From Candidatus Allofournierella merdavium (GTDB lineage Bacteria > Bacillota > Clostridia > Oscillospirales > Ruminococcaceae), in NCBI GenBank assembly GCA_019118765.1, contig DWYI01000049.1, forward strand, positions 17,059 to 81,058: a stretch of DNA of 64,000 nt, read 5' to 3'. The position numbers and the translations under genes are program-made. Every line of letters starts with the position of its first letter. The first letter of the stretch is position 1. The notes under the pieces were generated by a model, which did not search any database, was not told the DNA's origin, and saw nothing but the letters and a program-made list of their open reading frames with translations. Below are positions 29,476 through 38,851 of this stretch, piece after piece.

Positions 29476-29525
29476 ATACAGAACGACGGGCGCACCGCAA
29501 AAGCGGTGCGCCCGTCGTTCTGTAT
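29476..29525. terminator. 23-bp perfect hairpin with AAAA loop between convergent units
   Basis: atacagaacgacgggcgcaccgc / aaaa / gcggtgcgcccgtcgttctgtat. A T-rich tract follows on the + strand. It sits 8 nt from the stop of the minus-strand gene. Confidence 0.7.
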
Positions 29526-29532
29526 GACGTAT

Positions 29533-30729
29533 TTATTTTGTCTCCTTGGCGAAGTTGTCGAAATAGCCCTGGATGAGGATGATGGGGGTGCCCTTGTCGC
29601 CGGAGCCGCTGGTCAGGTCGCACAGGCTGCCGATCAGGTCGGTGAGGCGGCGGGGGGTGGTGCCCTGGCTGGCCATCTGGCCTTTGAGGTCGGCGTCCTT
29701 GTGGGTGATGCTCTCCTTGATGGCCGCGGTCAGCGCATCGCCGGAAAGGTCGGCGAAGTCGTTGTCCGCCAGATACTTCAGCTTCAGTTCGTTGGGCTGG
29801 CCCTCAAGGCCGGCGGTGTAGGCCGGGCTCACCACCGGGTCCGCCAGCTCCCAGATCTTGCCCACCGGGTCTTTGAAGGCGCCGTCGCCGTAGACCATGG
29901 CCTCGATCTGTTTGCCGGTGGCGCTGCGCAGGCTGGCCGCCAGCTTGTCCACAAAGGTCTGGCAGTCCCGGGGGAAGAGTTTCACGCTCTCCTCGGTGGC
30001 CTTGTTGGAGCCCAGCAGGCCGAACTGCTCGTTGCAGCCGCTGCCGTTCACCGGGGCGTTGAGGATGTCGCTGAGCAGCAGCACCTTCTCCGCGCCCGCC
30101 GCCTCCAGCCGGCGCTTGGAGCGGAAACGGGTGTGAATGTCGCAGCAGAGCACATTTTTGGTGTAGGGGAGGATGGCCCGCACGTCGTTGGCGAAGAGGA
30201 ACTCCACCTCACAGCCCTGGCTGCGGAACAATTCGCCGTAATACTCCACATAGTCCACGCCGGTGAAGGGGTGCTTCTGGTAGCCGAACAGCTCCCGATA
30301 CTTCTCCTCGGTCAGCACGTCCCGCCAGGGGTCTACGCCCTTTTCATCCAGAAGGTCCTCGTCAAACAGGTGGTTGCCCACCTCGTCCGAAGGGTAACTC
30401 ATCAGGATGTAGGCCTTCTTGAAGGCCCGGGCGATGCCCTTCAGGCAGATGGCGATGCGGTTGCGGCTGAGGATGGGGAAGGTCAGGCCGATGGTATCGG
30501 TGCCGAATTTGGCGGCGCAGTCGGCCGCGATGGCGTCGATGGAGGCATAGTTGCCCTGGCTGCGGGCCACCACGGCCTCGGTCACCGCGACGATGTCCCG
30601 GTCCTGGAATTCGATGTTCTGCTCCTCGCCGCAGGCGAGGATGGCGTCGGTGACGATCTTTACCAGGTCGTCGCCCTCACGGATGACGGGGCAGCGCACG
30701 CCGCGCGATGTTGTGCCGACAGTTCTCAT
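29533..30729 (-). CDS. CofE-like (F420-0:gamma-glutamyl ligase family) protein, long form
   Basis: Track ORF trimmed to MRTVGTTSRGVRCPVIREGDDL. The N-terminal pattern and overall fold-type resemble proteins annotated as coenzyme F420 ligase family in Clostridia. Assignment is from recall of the family only. Confidence 0.55.
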   Translation of the reverse strand: MRTVGTTSRGVRCPVIREGDDLVKIVTDAILACGEEQNIEFQDRDIVAVTEAVVARSQGNYASIDAIAADCAAKFGTDTIGLTFPILSRNRIAICLKGIARAFKKAYILMSYPSDEVGNHLFDEDLLDEKGVDPWRDVLTEEKYRELFGYQKHPFTGVDYVEYYGELFRSQGCEVEFLFANDVRAILPYTKNVLCCDIHTRFRSKRRLEAAGAEKVLLLSDILNAPVNGSGCNEQFGLLGSNKATEESVKLFPRDCQTFVDKLAASLRSATGKQIEAMVYGDGAFKDPVGKIWELADPVVSPAYTAGLEGQPNELKLKYLADNDFADLSGDALTAAIKESITHKDADLKGQMASQGTTPRRLTDLIGSLCDLTSGSGDKGTPIILIQGYFDNFAKETK

Positions 30730-30953
30730 GGCTGAATGCTCCTTTTCTTCCCGTTTTGACAGTCGATTTGCCACGCAAAAGAGGCTGATTCTCATTATAA
30801 AGGATTTATAGGGTGAAGTAAAGCGGCGGCACGCCCGGCAGCGGAAAAAGCAGAGCGTTCCGAAATGAAATATAAAAAGCAGGTAAAATCACGGCTTGCG
30901 TCGGAACTTTTTTGTGCTATGATAATACACGGATAAAAAACGAATGGCAGCAC

Positions 30954-32360
30954 ATGGCTGCAACGGTGCGGAAAGAAGGAAAACCAGTGGCAAGACAATA
31001 TGAGATGAATATGACCAGCGGCCCGCTGTTTGGCAAGATCGTGACGTTTGCGTTCCCCTTGATGTGTTCCGGCGTGCTGCAACTGCTGTTCAACGCGGCG
31101 GACATCATTGTGGTGGGGCGCTATACCGGCCACACGGCGCTGGCGGCGGTGGGTTCCACCTCGGCGCTCATCAACCTGATCGTCAACCTGTTCGTGGGCC
31201 TGTCGGTGGGCGCCAACGTGCTCATTGCCCGCTGCTGCGGCGCGGGGCAGATGGAAGCGGTGCACAAAGGCGTGCACACGGCCATGCTCACGGCGGTGGT
31301 GGGCGGTGTGGTGCTGATCTTTGTGGGCGTCGCGGCCTCCCGTCCGATGCTTACCCTGATGGGCACCCCCGAGGACGTGATCGACCAGGCCACCCTCTAT
31401 CTGCGCATCTACTTTGTGGGCGCGCCCAGCCTGCTGGTCTACAACTTCGGCGCCGCCATCCTGCGGGCGGTGGGCGACACCCGTCGGCCGCTCTACTTTC
31501 TCACCCTGGCGGGCATCATCAATGTGATCCTCAACCTGGTGTTTGTGATCGTGTTTTCGCTGGGCGTGGCGGGCGTGGCCCTGGCCACCATCATCAGCCA
31601 GACCGTCTCGGCCTACCTGATCGTGGTGTGCCTGCAGCACAACGCCGGCGCGTTCCGGCTGGTGCTGCGCGAACTTCACATCGACCCCGAACAGTTCCGG
31701 GAGATCCTGCGCATCGGTGTGCCTGCCGGCGTGCAGGGCATGGTGTTCAGCCTTTCCAACGTGCTGATCCAGTCCTCGGTGAACAGCTTTGGCTCCTCGG
31801 TGATGGCGGGCAACACCGCGGCATCCAACATCGAGGGCTTTGTCTACACCTGCATGAACGCGGTGTCCCAGACGTCCATGAGTTTTGTCAGTCAGAACGT
31901 GGGCGCGCGCAGTTTTCAGCGGGTGGATCAGGTGGTGCTGCGCTGTATGATGCTGGAAGCGGCGGTGGGTATCACCCTGGGGGGCAGCGCCTACCTGCTG
32001 GGCCACTGGCTGCTGGCGATCTACACTCCGGACGCCCAGGTCATCACCTACGGGCTCTACCGCATGAGCGTGGTCTGCACCACCTATTTCCTCTGCGGAT
32101 TCATGGACTGCCTGGCCTGCAGCGTTCGGGGCCTGGGCTCTTCGGTGGTGCCCATGGTGGTGTCCATCCTGGGCGCCTGCGGGCTGCGGATCGTCTGGGT
32201 CATGACCCTCTTCCAGTGGGAACACACCCAGCTGTGCCTGTACATCTCCTACCCGGTGTCCTGGGCGCTCACCGCCTGCGTGCATCTGATCTGCTACTTT
32301 ATCATGCGCAAGAAGGTGCAGGCGGCTAACTCTGAGGTGACCGCCGCCCCGGCGACCTGA
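30954..32360 (+). CDS. MATE family efflux transporter
   Basis: GPLFGKIVTFAFPLMCSGVLQLLFNAADIIVVGR start pattern and 12 TM helices. The start codon is uncertain (ATG 30954, GTG 30987 or ATG 31005). Confidence 0.85.
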   Translation: MAATVRKEGKPVARQYEMNMTSGPLFGKIVTFAFPLMCSGVLQLLFNAADIIVVGRYTGHTALAAVGSTSALINLIVNLFVGLSVGANVLIARCCGAGQMEAVHKGVHTAMLTAVVGGVVLIFVGVAASRPMLTLMGTPEDVIDQATLYLRIYFVGAPSLLVYNFGAAILRAVGDTRRPLYFLTLAGIINVILNLVFVIVFSLGVAGVALATIISQTVSAYLIVVCLQHNAGAFRLVLRELHIDPEQFREILRIGVPAGVQGMVFSLSNVLIQSSVNSFGSSVMAGNTAASNIEGFVYTCMNAVSQTSMSFVSQNVGARSFQRVDQVVLRCMMLEAAVGITLGGSAYLLGHWLLAIYTPDAQVITYGLYRMSVVCTTYFLCGFMDCLACSVRGLGSSVVPMVVSILGACGLRIVWVMTLFQWEHTQLCLYISYPVSWALTACVHLICYFIMRKKVQAANSEVTAAPAT

Positions 32361-32377
32361 CCCAAAACTGCAAGAAG

Positions 32378-32415
32378 AAAGCAGCCCCCGGCCAACCGGC
32401 CGGGGGCTGCTTTTT
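32378..32415. terminator. bidirectional intrinsic terminator
   Basis: aaa-gcagcccccggcc / aacc / ggccgggggctgc-ttttt, between convergent genes. Confidence 0.8.
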
Positions 32416-32431
32416 GAATGGAAGGAGAATA

Positions 32432-33571
32432 TCACTCGCCGATCTTGACCTCCACGCCGTTCACCTCCACGCCCTCCTCGGCGCGGATGAGGATGTAGCG
32501 CACCCCGTCGATGATGCGGGTCTCGACCAGATCGCCCCGCTCGGGGTTCACCTGGATGGTCACGTCGGGACAGCGCAGCTCCAGGTGCTTTGTGTCCACC
32601 AGGTTCTTGGGTGGCAGCGCCGCTTCAGGGCCGAAATCCTCCTCAAAGCGCTGGCCGAAGGCCTCCACCCGGTTTTCCTCCACGCCGCACTCCTCCAGCA
32701 CGCGGACGGCGGCGTGTCTGTCCAGCAGAAGGGGCTGGGGCTCGCCGCTCTCCTTGTGCTCGGCGATCATGCTGCACAGCTGCTCCTGCACCGACTGCAC
32801 CACCTGGCAGCTGCAGGCCTCTCCCAGGCTTTCGGCCAGGATGGCGTCGAAGGTCTCCTTCTGGGCCGCCGCCGGCATGGGCAGCGGGGCGGCGAAGATG
32901 CGGTCGGTGAAGGCGGTGTGGCTGTGGGTGGTGTCCCGGGTATAGTAGAGCGCGCCGTAGAGGTTGGTGGAGCGGTCGTCGAAGGCGGGAAAGAGGAACC
33001 CCATCTCCGGCGGGGCCACCAGCCAGTCGATGTCCCGGTTGCGGAAGGCGTTCTCCACCACGAAATAGCTCAGGGCGGGCTTGGTCATCTTCACCGGGCA
33101 GACGCTGCACAGGATGCCGGTGTACACCTCTTCGCTGCCGTCCTCAAAGCGCTGGCCGTCCTTTGCGAAGCCGGGCACGTCGTAGGCGTCGCAGGTGAGC
33201 AGGATGAGATAGTTGCCTTCCACATCCAGCGTCTCGATGGCCCGGGCATAAAACTCCTCCCGGGCGGCCTCGTCCTGCAGTTTTGAATCCCGCAGGGCCA
33301 TCAGCAGGGCGTGTTCGTCGCCCGCCTGGCCCGCCACCTGGGAGGTGGAAAAGGTGATGTCGATGAGGTTTTTGCCCAACGTACCCGACAGGGTGCGGCG
33401 CAACAGGGCCAGGAATTTGTCCGTTTCCTCCTGGCCGGAGAGGGTCAGCGACTGGTCGAAGCGGGCCACGATCTGCCGCTCCTCGTTCACATAGCAGCCA
33501 ACCACATGGGCGATGTTGGTTTTTCCCTGGCGGTAGCGCCGGCGGATCTCGGCGATCTCTTTTTCGTTCAT
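32432..33571 (-). CDS. conserved hypothetical protein (DUF4317-like)
   Basis: Track ORF trimmed to MNEKEIAEIRRRYRQGKTNIAHVVGCYV. Resembles the Firmicutes DUF4317 family from memory. No catalytic motif recognised. Confidence 0.5.
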   Translation of the reverse strand: MNEKEIAEIRRRYRQGKTNIAHVVGCYVNEERQIVARFDQSLTLSGQEETDKFLALLRRTLSGTLGKNLIDITFSTSQVAGQAGDEHALLMALRDSKLQDEAAREEFYARAIETLDVEGNYLILLTCDAYDVPGFAKDGQRFEDGSEEVYTGILCSVCPVKMTKPALSYFVVENAFRNRDIDWLVAPPEMGFLFPAFDDRSTNLYGALYYTRDTTHSHTAFTDRIFAAPLPMPAAAQKETFDAILAESLGEACSCQVVQSVQEQLCSMIAEHKESGEPQPLLLDRHAAVRVLEECGVEENRVEAFGQRFEEDFGPEAALPPKNLVDTKHLELRCPDVTIQVNPERGDLVETRIIDGVRYILIRAEEGVEVNGVEVKIGE

Positions 33572-33611
33572 GTCTCGGTATTCCTTTCTTGTGCGGGCGC
33601 AGGGCCCGTGG

Positions 33612-34505
33612 TCATTGGCGGGATGTGGCCAGAGATTCCTCCAGCAATGAGAACAGACGCCTGAGGGTGGGAGTGAGGGCGCCGGTGCGGTACAGGGCGC
33701 CGAAGGAGAGGAACTCGAACTCCGGCAGGCGGATGTAGCGCAGATTCGGCAGCCGCGCTCCCGGCAGATCCGGCAGCACGGTGAAGGCATAGCCGGACTC
33801 CACCAGCGTGCAGGCGATCTCCAGACTGTCACAGAAGAGCATCCGTTCCGGCCCGCGGCCCGCCAGCACATGACTGAGAACCGCCGAGAAGGGGGGCGAG
33901 TAGAGGGGCAGCGGACAGCTGGCCACCCGCCCGCCCAGCCGGCCCAGCTGTTCCAGAGTCAGCTGTTCGTACTGCGCCAGGGGGTCATCGGGCGCGCAGA
34001 CGCACACCACCGGACAGTCCGCCAGGGCCCGCCGGCTCACCTTGGGCCCCGCCTCCTGCTGCGTGGTGAAGATGGCCTGCACATCCTCATCTTCCAAAAG
34101 GTTCTCCAGCGCTGCGGAAGGTACCTGTCGCAGCACCGGCAGCAGTTGCGGCTCCTCCAGGCGCAGTTTCGCCAGCGGCTGCTGCAGCGCCCGCAGCGCC
34201 AGAAAGTTGCGGCAGCCCAGCCCCAGACGCTGGGGCAGCGCCTCCCGCCACTGGCGCATCCGCGCCCGGGACAGCCCCGCCAGCTTGAGCATCTCCTGGG
34301 CGTACTGGCCGAACTGGTGGCCCGCCTGGGTCAGCCGCACGCTCTTGCTGGTGCGGTGAAACAGCTTGACCTCCAGTTCCGCCTCCAGGGTGTTGATCTG
34401 GTGGCTCACCGCCGGTTGGGTGATGTGCAGCTGCTGGGCCGCACGGGAAAAGTTCAGATAGTTTGCCACCGCCAGAAAACATTCCAGCTGTGTCGTATTC
34501 AACAA
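33612..34505 (-). CDS. LysR-family transcriptional regulator
   Basis: N-terminal HTH LECFLAVANYLNFSRAAQQLHITQPAVSHQINTLE, followed by a substrate-binding domain. Confidence 0.9.
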   Translation of the reverse strand: MLNTTQLECFLAVANYLNFSRAAQQLHITQPAVSHQINTLEAELEVKLFHRTSKSVRLTQAGHQFGQYAQEMLKLAGLSRARMRQWREALPQRLGLGCRNFLALRALQQPLAKLRLEEPQLLPVLRQVPSAALENLLEDEDVQAIFTTQQEAGPKVSRRALADCPVVCVCAPDDPLAQYEQLTLEQLGRLGGRVASCPLPLYSPPFSAVLSHVLAGRGPERMLFCDSLEIACTLVESGYAFTVLPDLPGARLPNLRYIRLPEFEFLSFGALYRTGALTPTLRRLFSLLEESLATSRQ

Positions 34506-34671
34506 AAACCCCTCCCCGATTTCGCGCAGTTTTGTTATATGCGTTAATGCGATAAATGTTCTTTATAGATAATAACACATTTGAATTTCACATACAAGAG
34601 AGGCTGTGTTATAAATGATAAAGCGATGAACAGTTTTCACCTTAACGATTTCCGGAAAGAGGCGACGAGCG

Positions 34672-35145
34672 ATGAGGCCGCACCACAGGACCCTGGTGCT
34701 GGAAAACCGGCAGATCAGTATTCGCATGGAACAGATGACCGATCAGATGGTGGGGCGCACGGGGCTGTCCGCAGCCCAGGCACACCTGCTGCTATACATT
34801 CTGTGCCATGCCGACGAGGGCATCTCTCTCACCGATATCCACCGGGAATTCGGCTACTCCATGGCGGCGCTGAGCAACATCCTCAAACGGCTGCGGGGGG
34901 GCGGCTATGTGCGCGCCGAGACCAGCCAGCGGGATAACCGGCGCAAGCGGCTGTATGGGACCGAGAAGGCGCTTGCGGCCCGAAGCGAACTGGAACAGGC
35001 GCTGCGGGAGAGTTGCGAGGCGGTGTATCGCGGATTCAGCGAGGAGGAACTGTGCCAGCTGGAGGCGCTGCAAAAGCGTATGCTGGAAAACCTGGTGGCC
35101 CCGGCGGGGGCTCCGGAAACGATCCGAAGGGAGTGGAGAAAATGA
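34672..35145 (+). CDS. MarR-family transcriptional regulator
   Basis: Winged-HTH pattern LSAAQAHLLLYIL..ISLTDIHREFGYSMAALSNILKRLRGGGYVRAE..DNRRKRL. The stop overlaps the start of the ABC gene. Confidence 0.85.
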   Translation: MRPHHRTLVLENRQISIRMEQMTDQMVGRTGLSAAQAHLLLYILCHADEGISLTDIHREFGYSMAALSNILKRLRGGGYVRAETSQRDNRRKRLYGTEKALAARSELEQALRESCEAVYRGFSEEELCQLEALQKRMLENLVAPAGAPETIRREWRK

Positions 35146-36881
35146 AGCAAGTTTTCAAGCAGCTCAAGCAATACAAAAAGCCCACCTTCCAGTGCATCCT
35201 GATGGCCGCGCTGGAAGTGGTGATGGAGATCCTGCTGCCGTTCGTCACCGCGCACATCGTGGACGAAGGGCTGGATGCGGGGAATTTGTCGGTGGTCTAC
35301 CGTTACGGCGGCGTGATGGTGGTGCTGGCGTTCCTGAGCCTGGTGTTCGGCGCGGCGGCGGGGCGCTACGCCGCGACGGCCGCCTCCGGACTGGGGGCCA
35401 ATCTGCGCCAGGGCCTGTATGATACCATCCAGACCTTTTCCTTCTCCAACATCGACAAGTTCAGCGTTCCTGGCCTGGTCACCCGTATGACCACCGACGT
35501 GACCAACATTCAGAACGCCTTTATGATGATCATCCGCATCGCGGTGCGCGCGCCGCTGATGTTCATCTTCAGTTTTGCCATGTGTGTGTACATCAGCCCG
35601 CGGCTTTCCGCCACCTTCCTCATCGCGGTGGTGTTCCTGGTGGTGGTGATCGGTACCATCATGGTGATCACCCTGCGCATCTTCGACCGGGTGTTCCGCA
35701 AGTACGACGATCTGAACGCCAGCGTACAGGAGAACGTCTCCGCCATCCGCGTGGTAAAGGCGTTTGTGCGGGAAAACTACGAGAACGAGAAATTCTCCCG
35801 CGCGTCGGAGAACATCCGCAAAATGTTCGTCAAGGCCGAGGGCCTGCTGGCTTTCAACAACCCGGCCATGATGATCGCTGTCTATTTCTGTATCATCATG
35901 GTGAGCTGGCTGGGCGCCCAGTTCATCGTGGCGGGGGATCTCTCCGCCGGTGACCTGACCAGCCTGTTCAGCTACATCATGTCGCTGCTGATGAGCCTGA
36001 TGATGCTCTCCATGGTGGTGGTGATGATCTCCATCTCCCTGGCCAGCATTCACCGTGTGGGCGAGGTGTTGCGGGAGACCCCCGACCTGAAGGAGCCGGA
36101 GAACCCGGTGGAGACCATCCGGGACGGCAGCATCGACTTCGACCATGTGAACTTCTCTTACAAGCACGGCAGCGGCAAGAACGCTTTGTCCGACATCGAC
36201 CTGCACATCCATTCCGGCGAGACCATCGGCGTCATCGGCGGCACCGGCTGCGGCAAGAGCAGCCTGGTGAACCTGATCTGCCGGCTGTACGACGTGGACG
36301 AGGGCTGCGTCAAGGTGGGCGGCGTGGACGTGCGCAACTACGACATGGAGGCCCTGCGCAACCAGGTGGCCGTGGTGCTGCAGAAAAACACCCTGTTTTC
36401 CGGCACCATCCTGGACAACCTGCGCTGGGGTGATCCCAACGCCACCGAGGCCGAGTGCATCGCCGCCTGCAAGGCAGCTTGCGCCGATGAGTTCATCGAC
36501 CGGATGCCCGACGGCTACAACACCCGCATCGAGCGGGGCGGCGCCAACGTGTCCGGCGGCCAGAAGCAGCGGCTTTGCATCGCCCGGGCGCTGCTGAAAA
36601 AGCCCAAGGTGCTGATCCTGGACGACTCCACCAGCGCGGTGGACACCGCCACCGACGCCAAGATCCGGGCGGCCTTCGCCAAACGGATCCCCGGCACCAC
36701 CAAGATCATCATTGCCCAGCGAGTGTCCAGCGTGGAGCACGCCGACCGTATCCTGGTGCTGGACAACGGGCGCATCGACGCCTTTGACACCCATGAGAAC
36801 CTGCTGAAGTCCAACGCCATCTACCAGGAGATCTACGAGTCCCAGGTCAAGGGCGGCGGCGACTTCGACCAGCCGGCGTGA
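35142..36881 (+). CDS. ABC exporter, fused permease-ATPase (heterodimer subunit 1)
   Basis: Six-TM exporter domain. Walker A GGTGCGKSS, signature VSGGQKQR, Walker B LILDDSTSAVD. Confidence 0.9.
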   Translation: MKQVFKQLKQYKKPTFQCILMAALEVVMEILLPFVTAHIVDEGLDAGNLSVVYRYGGVMVVLAFLSLVFGAAAGRYAATAASGLGANLRQGLYDTIQTFSFSNIDKFSVPGLVTRMTTDVTNIQNAFMMIIRIAVRAPLMFIFSFAMCVYISPRLSATFLIAVVFLVVVIGTIMVITLRIFDRVFRKYDDLNASVQENVSAIRVVKAFVRENYENEKFSRASENIRKMFVKAEGLLAFNNPAMMIAVYFCIIMVSWLGAQFIVAGDLSAGDLTSLFSYIMSLLMSLMMLSMVVVMISISLASIHRVGEVLRETPDLKEPENPVETIRDGSIDFDHVNFSYKHGSGKNALSDIDLHIHSGETIGVIGGTGCGKSSLVNLICRLYDVDEGCVKVGGVDVRNYDMEALRNQVAVVLQKNTLFSGTILDNLRWGDPNATEAECIAACKAACADEFIDRMPDGYNTRIERGGANVSGGQKQRLCIARALLKKPKVLILDDSTSAVDTATDAKIRAAFAKRIPGTTKIIIAQRVSSVEHADRILVLDNGRIDAFDTHENLLKSNAIYQEIYESQVKGGGDFDQPA

Positions 36882-36898
36882 AAGGAGGGCAAGAGAAT

Positions 36899-38785
36899 AT
36901 GAATCCCAGAATGCAACGTCCCGCGGACCCCACCGCGGTGCTCAAGCGGGTCATCCGCTATATGCTCCATTACTACAAGGTGCCCTTCGCGCTGGTGGTG
37001 CTGTGCATCATCATCAACGCGGTGGCCAGCGTGGTGGCGGCCACCTTCCCCCAGACCCTGGTGGACGATTACATCACCCCCATGGTCGCCAGCGGCTCCA
37101 CCGATTTCAGCGGTCTGGCCGCCCAGATCCTGCGGCTGATCGGCGTCATGGGCCTGGGCGTGGTGGCGGCCTTTACCTACAACCGCATCATGGTGAGTGT
37201 GGGGCAGGGCACCATGTGCCACCTGCGCAACGACTTGTTTCACAACATGGAAGCGCTGCCCATCAAGTACTTTGACACACACGCCCACGGCGATATCATG
37301 TCGGTGTACACCAACGATGTGGACACCCTGCGTCAGATGCTGGGCCAGGCTACGCCCCAGATCATCAACTCCACCATCACCATGGCCGCCACGCTGGTGA
37401 CCATGATCGTCATCAACCCGGCGCTCACCGTCATCTCCATCCTCACCGCTGTGGTCATGTTCACAGTCACTGCCAATTTCTCCAAGCTGTCCGGCAAGTA
37501 CTATGTGCGCCAGCAGCGGGACCTGGGCGCGGTGGACGGCTTCATCGAGGAGATGCTGGATGGTCAGAAGGTGGTCAAGGTGTTCTGCCATGAGGAGGCC
37601 GCCAAGGCGGACTTCCGCAAGGTGAACGAGGAGCTGCGCCAAAGCGCGAATCTGGCCAACCGTTACGCCAACCTGCTGATGCCCATCAACGCCAACATCG
37701 GCTGGCTGAGTTACGCCCTGGTGGCCATCGTGGGCGCGGTGCTGGGCATCAACGGCCTGGCGGGGGTCACCCTGGGCACCGTCATCACCTTTGTGGGCCT
37801 GAACAAGAGCTTCACCCAGCCCATCACCCAGGTGAGCCAGCAGGTGAACTTTGTGGTCACCGCCGCCGCTGGCGCCCAGCGTGTGTTCGACCTGATGGAC
37901 CAGAAGCACGAGACCGACGAGGGCTATGTGGAACTGGTGAACGCCAAAGAGAACGCCGACGGCCAGCTGGAGGAGGTGCCTGAGCGCACGAATGTGTGGG
38001 CCTGGAAACATCCCCACCACGACGGCACCGTCACCTACACCAGGCTGGAGGGCAGCGTGGTGTTCGAGGACGTGGACTTCGGCTACGACGAGAAAAAGCT
38101 GGTGCTCCACGATGTGAGCCTGTGGGCAAAGCCCGGCCAGAAGATCGCCTTTGTGGGCGCCACCGGCGCGGGTAAGACCACCATCACCAACCTGATCAAC
38201 CGTTTCTACGACATCGCCGACGGCAAGATCCGCTACGACGGCATCAACATCGGCAAGATCAAAAAGCCTGACCTGCGCCGTTCTCTGGGCATCGTGCTGC
38301 AGGACACCCACCTGTTCACCGGCACCGTGATGGACAACATCCGCTACGGCAACCTGGACGCCACCGACGAGGAGTGCATGGCCGCGGCAAAGCTTGCCAA
38401 CGCCGACGGCTTCATCCGCCGCCTGCCCGACGGCTATCAGACCATGCTCACCGGCGACGGCGCGAACCTCTCCCAGGGCCAGCGGCAGCTGCTGGCCATC
38501 GCCCGGGCGGCCGTGGCCGACCCGCCGGTGTTGATCCTGGACGAGGCCACCTCCTCCATCGACACCCGCACCGAGGCGCTGGTGCAGAGCGGTATGGACG
38601 CCTTGATGTACGGGCGCACCACCTTCGTGATCGCCCATCGGCTGTCCACCGTGCGCAACGCCGACTGCATCATGGTGCTGGAGCAGGGCCGCATCATCGA
38701 GCGGGGCACCCACGACGAACTCATCGAGAAAAAGGGCAAGTATTACCAGCTCTACACCGGCAACTTTGCCGAGGAGCCGGCGTGA
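36899..38785 (+). CDS. ABC exporter, fused permease-ATPase (heterodimer subunit 2)
   Basis: Walker A GATGAGKTT, signature LSQGQRQL, Walker B LILDEATSSID. Confidence 0.9.
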   Translation: MNPRMQRPADPTAVLKRVIRYMLHYYKVPFALVVLCIIINAVASVVAATFPQTLVDDYITPMVASGSTDFSGLAAQILRLIGVMGLGVVAAFTYNRIMVSVGQGTMCHLRNDLFHNMEALPIKYFDTHAHGDIMSVYTNDVDTLRQMLGQATPQIINSTITMAATLVTMIVINPALTVISILTAVVMFTVTANFSKLSGKYYVRQQRDLGAVDGFIEEMLDGQKVVKVFCHEEAAKADFRKVNEELRQSANLANRYANLLMPINANIGWLSYALVAIVGAVLGINGLAGVTLGTVITFVGLNKSFTQPITQVSQQVNFVVTAAAGAQRVFDLMDQKHETDEGYVELVNAKENADGQLEEVPERTNVWAWKHPHHDGTVTYTRLEGSVVFEDVDFGYDEKKLVLHDVSLWAKPGQKIAFVGATGAGKTTITNLINRFYDIADGKIRYDGINIGKIKKPDLRRSLGIVLQDTHLFTGTVMDNIRYGNLDATDEECMAAAKLANADGFIRRLPDGYQTMLTGDGANLSQGQRQLLAIARAAVADPPVLILDEATSSIDTRTEALVQSGMDALMYGRTTFVIAHRLSTVRNADCIMVLEQGRIIERGTHDELIEKKGKYYQLYTGNFAEEPA

Positions 38786-38803
38786 CCCCAGACACAAACA
38801 AGC

Positions 38804-38846
38804 GCGCCCCCGCCCGGCGAAAAGCCGGGCGGGGGCGCTGTCTTTT
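38804..38846. terminator. bidirectional intrinsic terminator
   Basis: 15-bp GC stem (gcgcccccgcccggc / gccgggcgggggcgc) with GAAAA loop, then tgtctttt. Lies between convergent genes. Confidence 0.8.
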
Positions 38847-38851
38847 ATCCC

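Noticed and set aside
34672-38785. MarR plus two half-transporter ABC genes, considered as a bacteriocin or lantibiotic exporter
   Set aside because: There is no peptidase C39 domain, no precursor peptide and no modification genes nearby. The architecture is the common heterodimeric multidrug-type exporter under MarR control.
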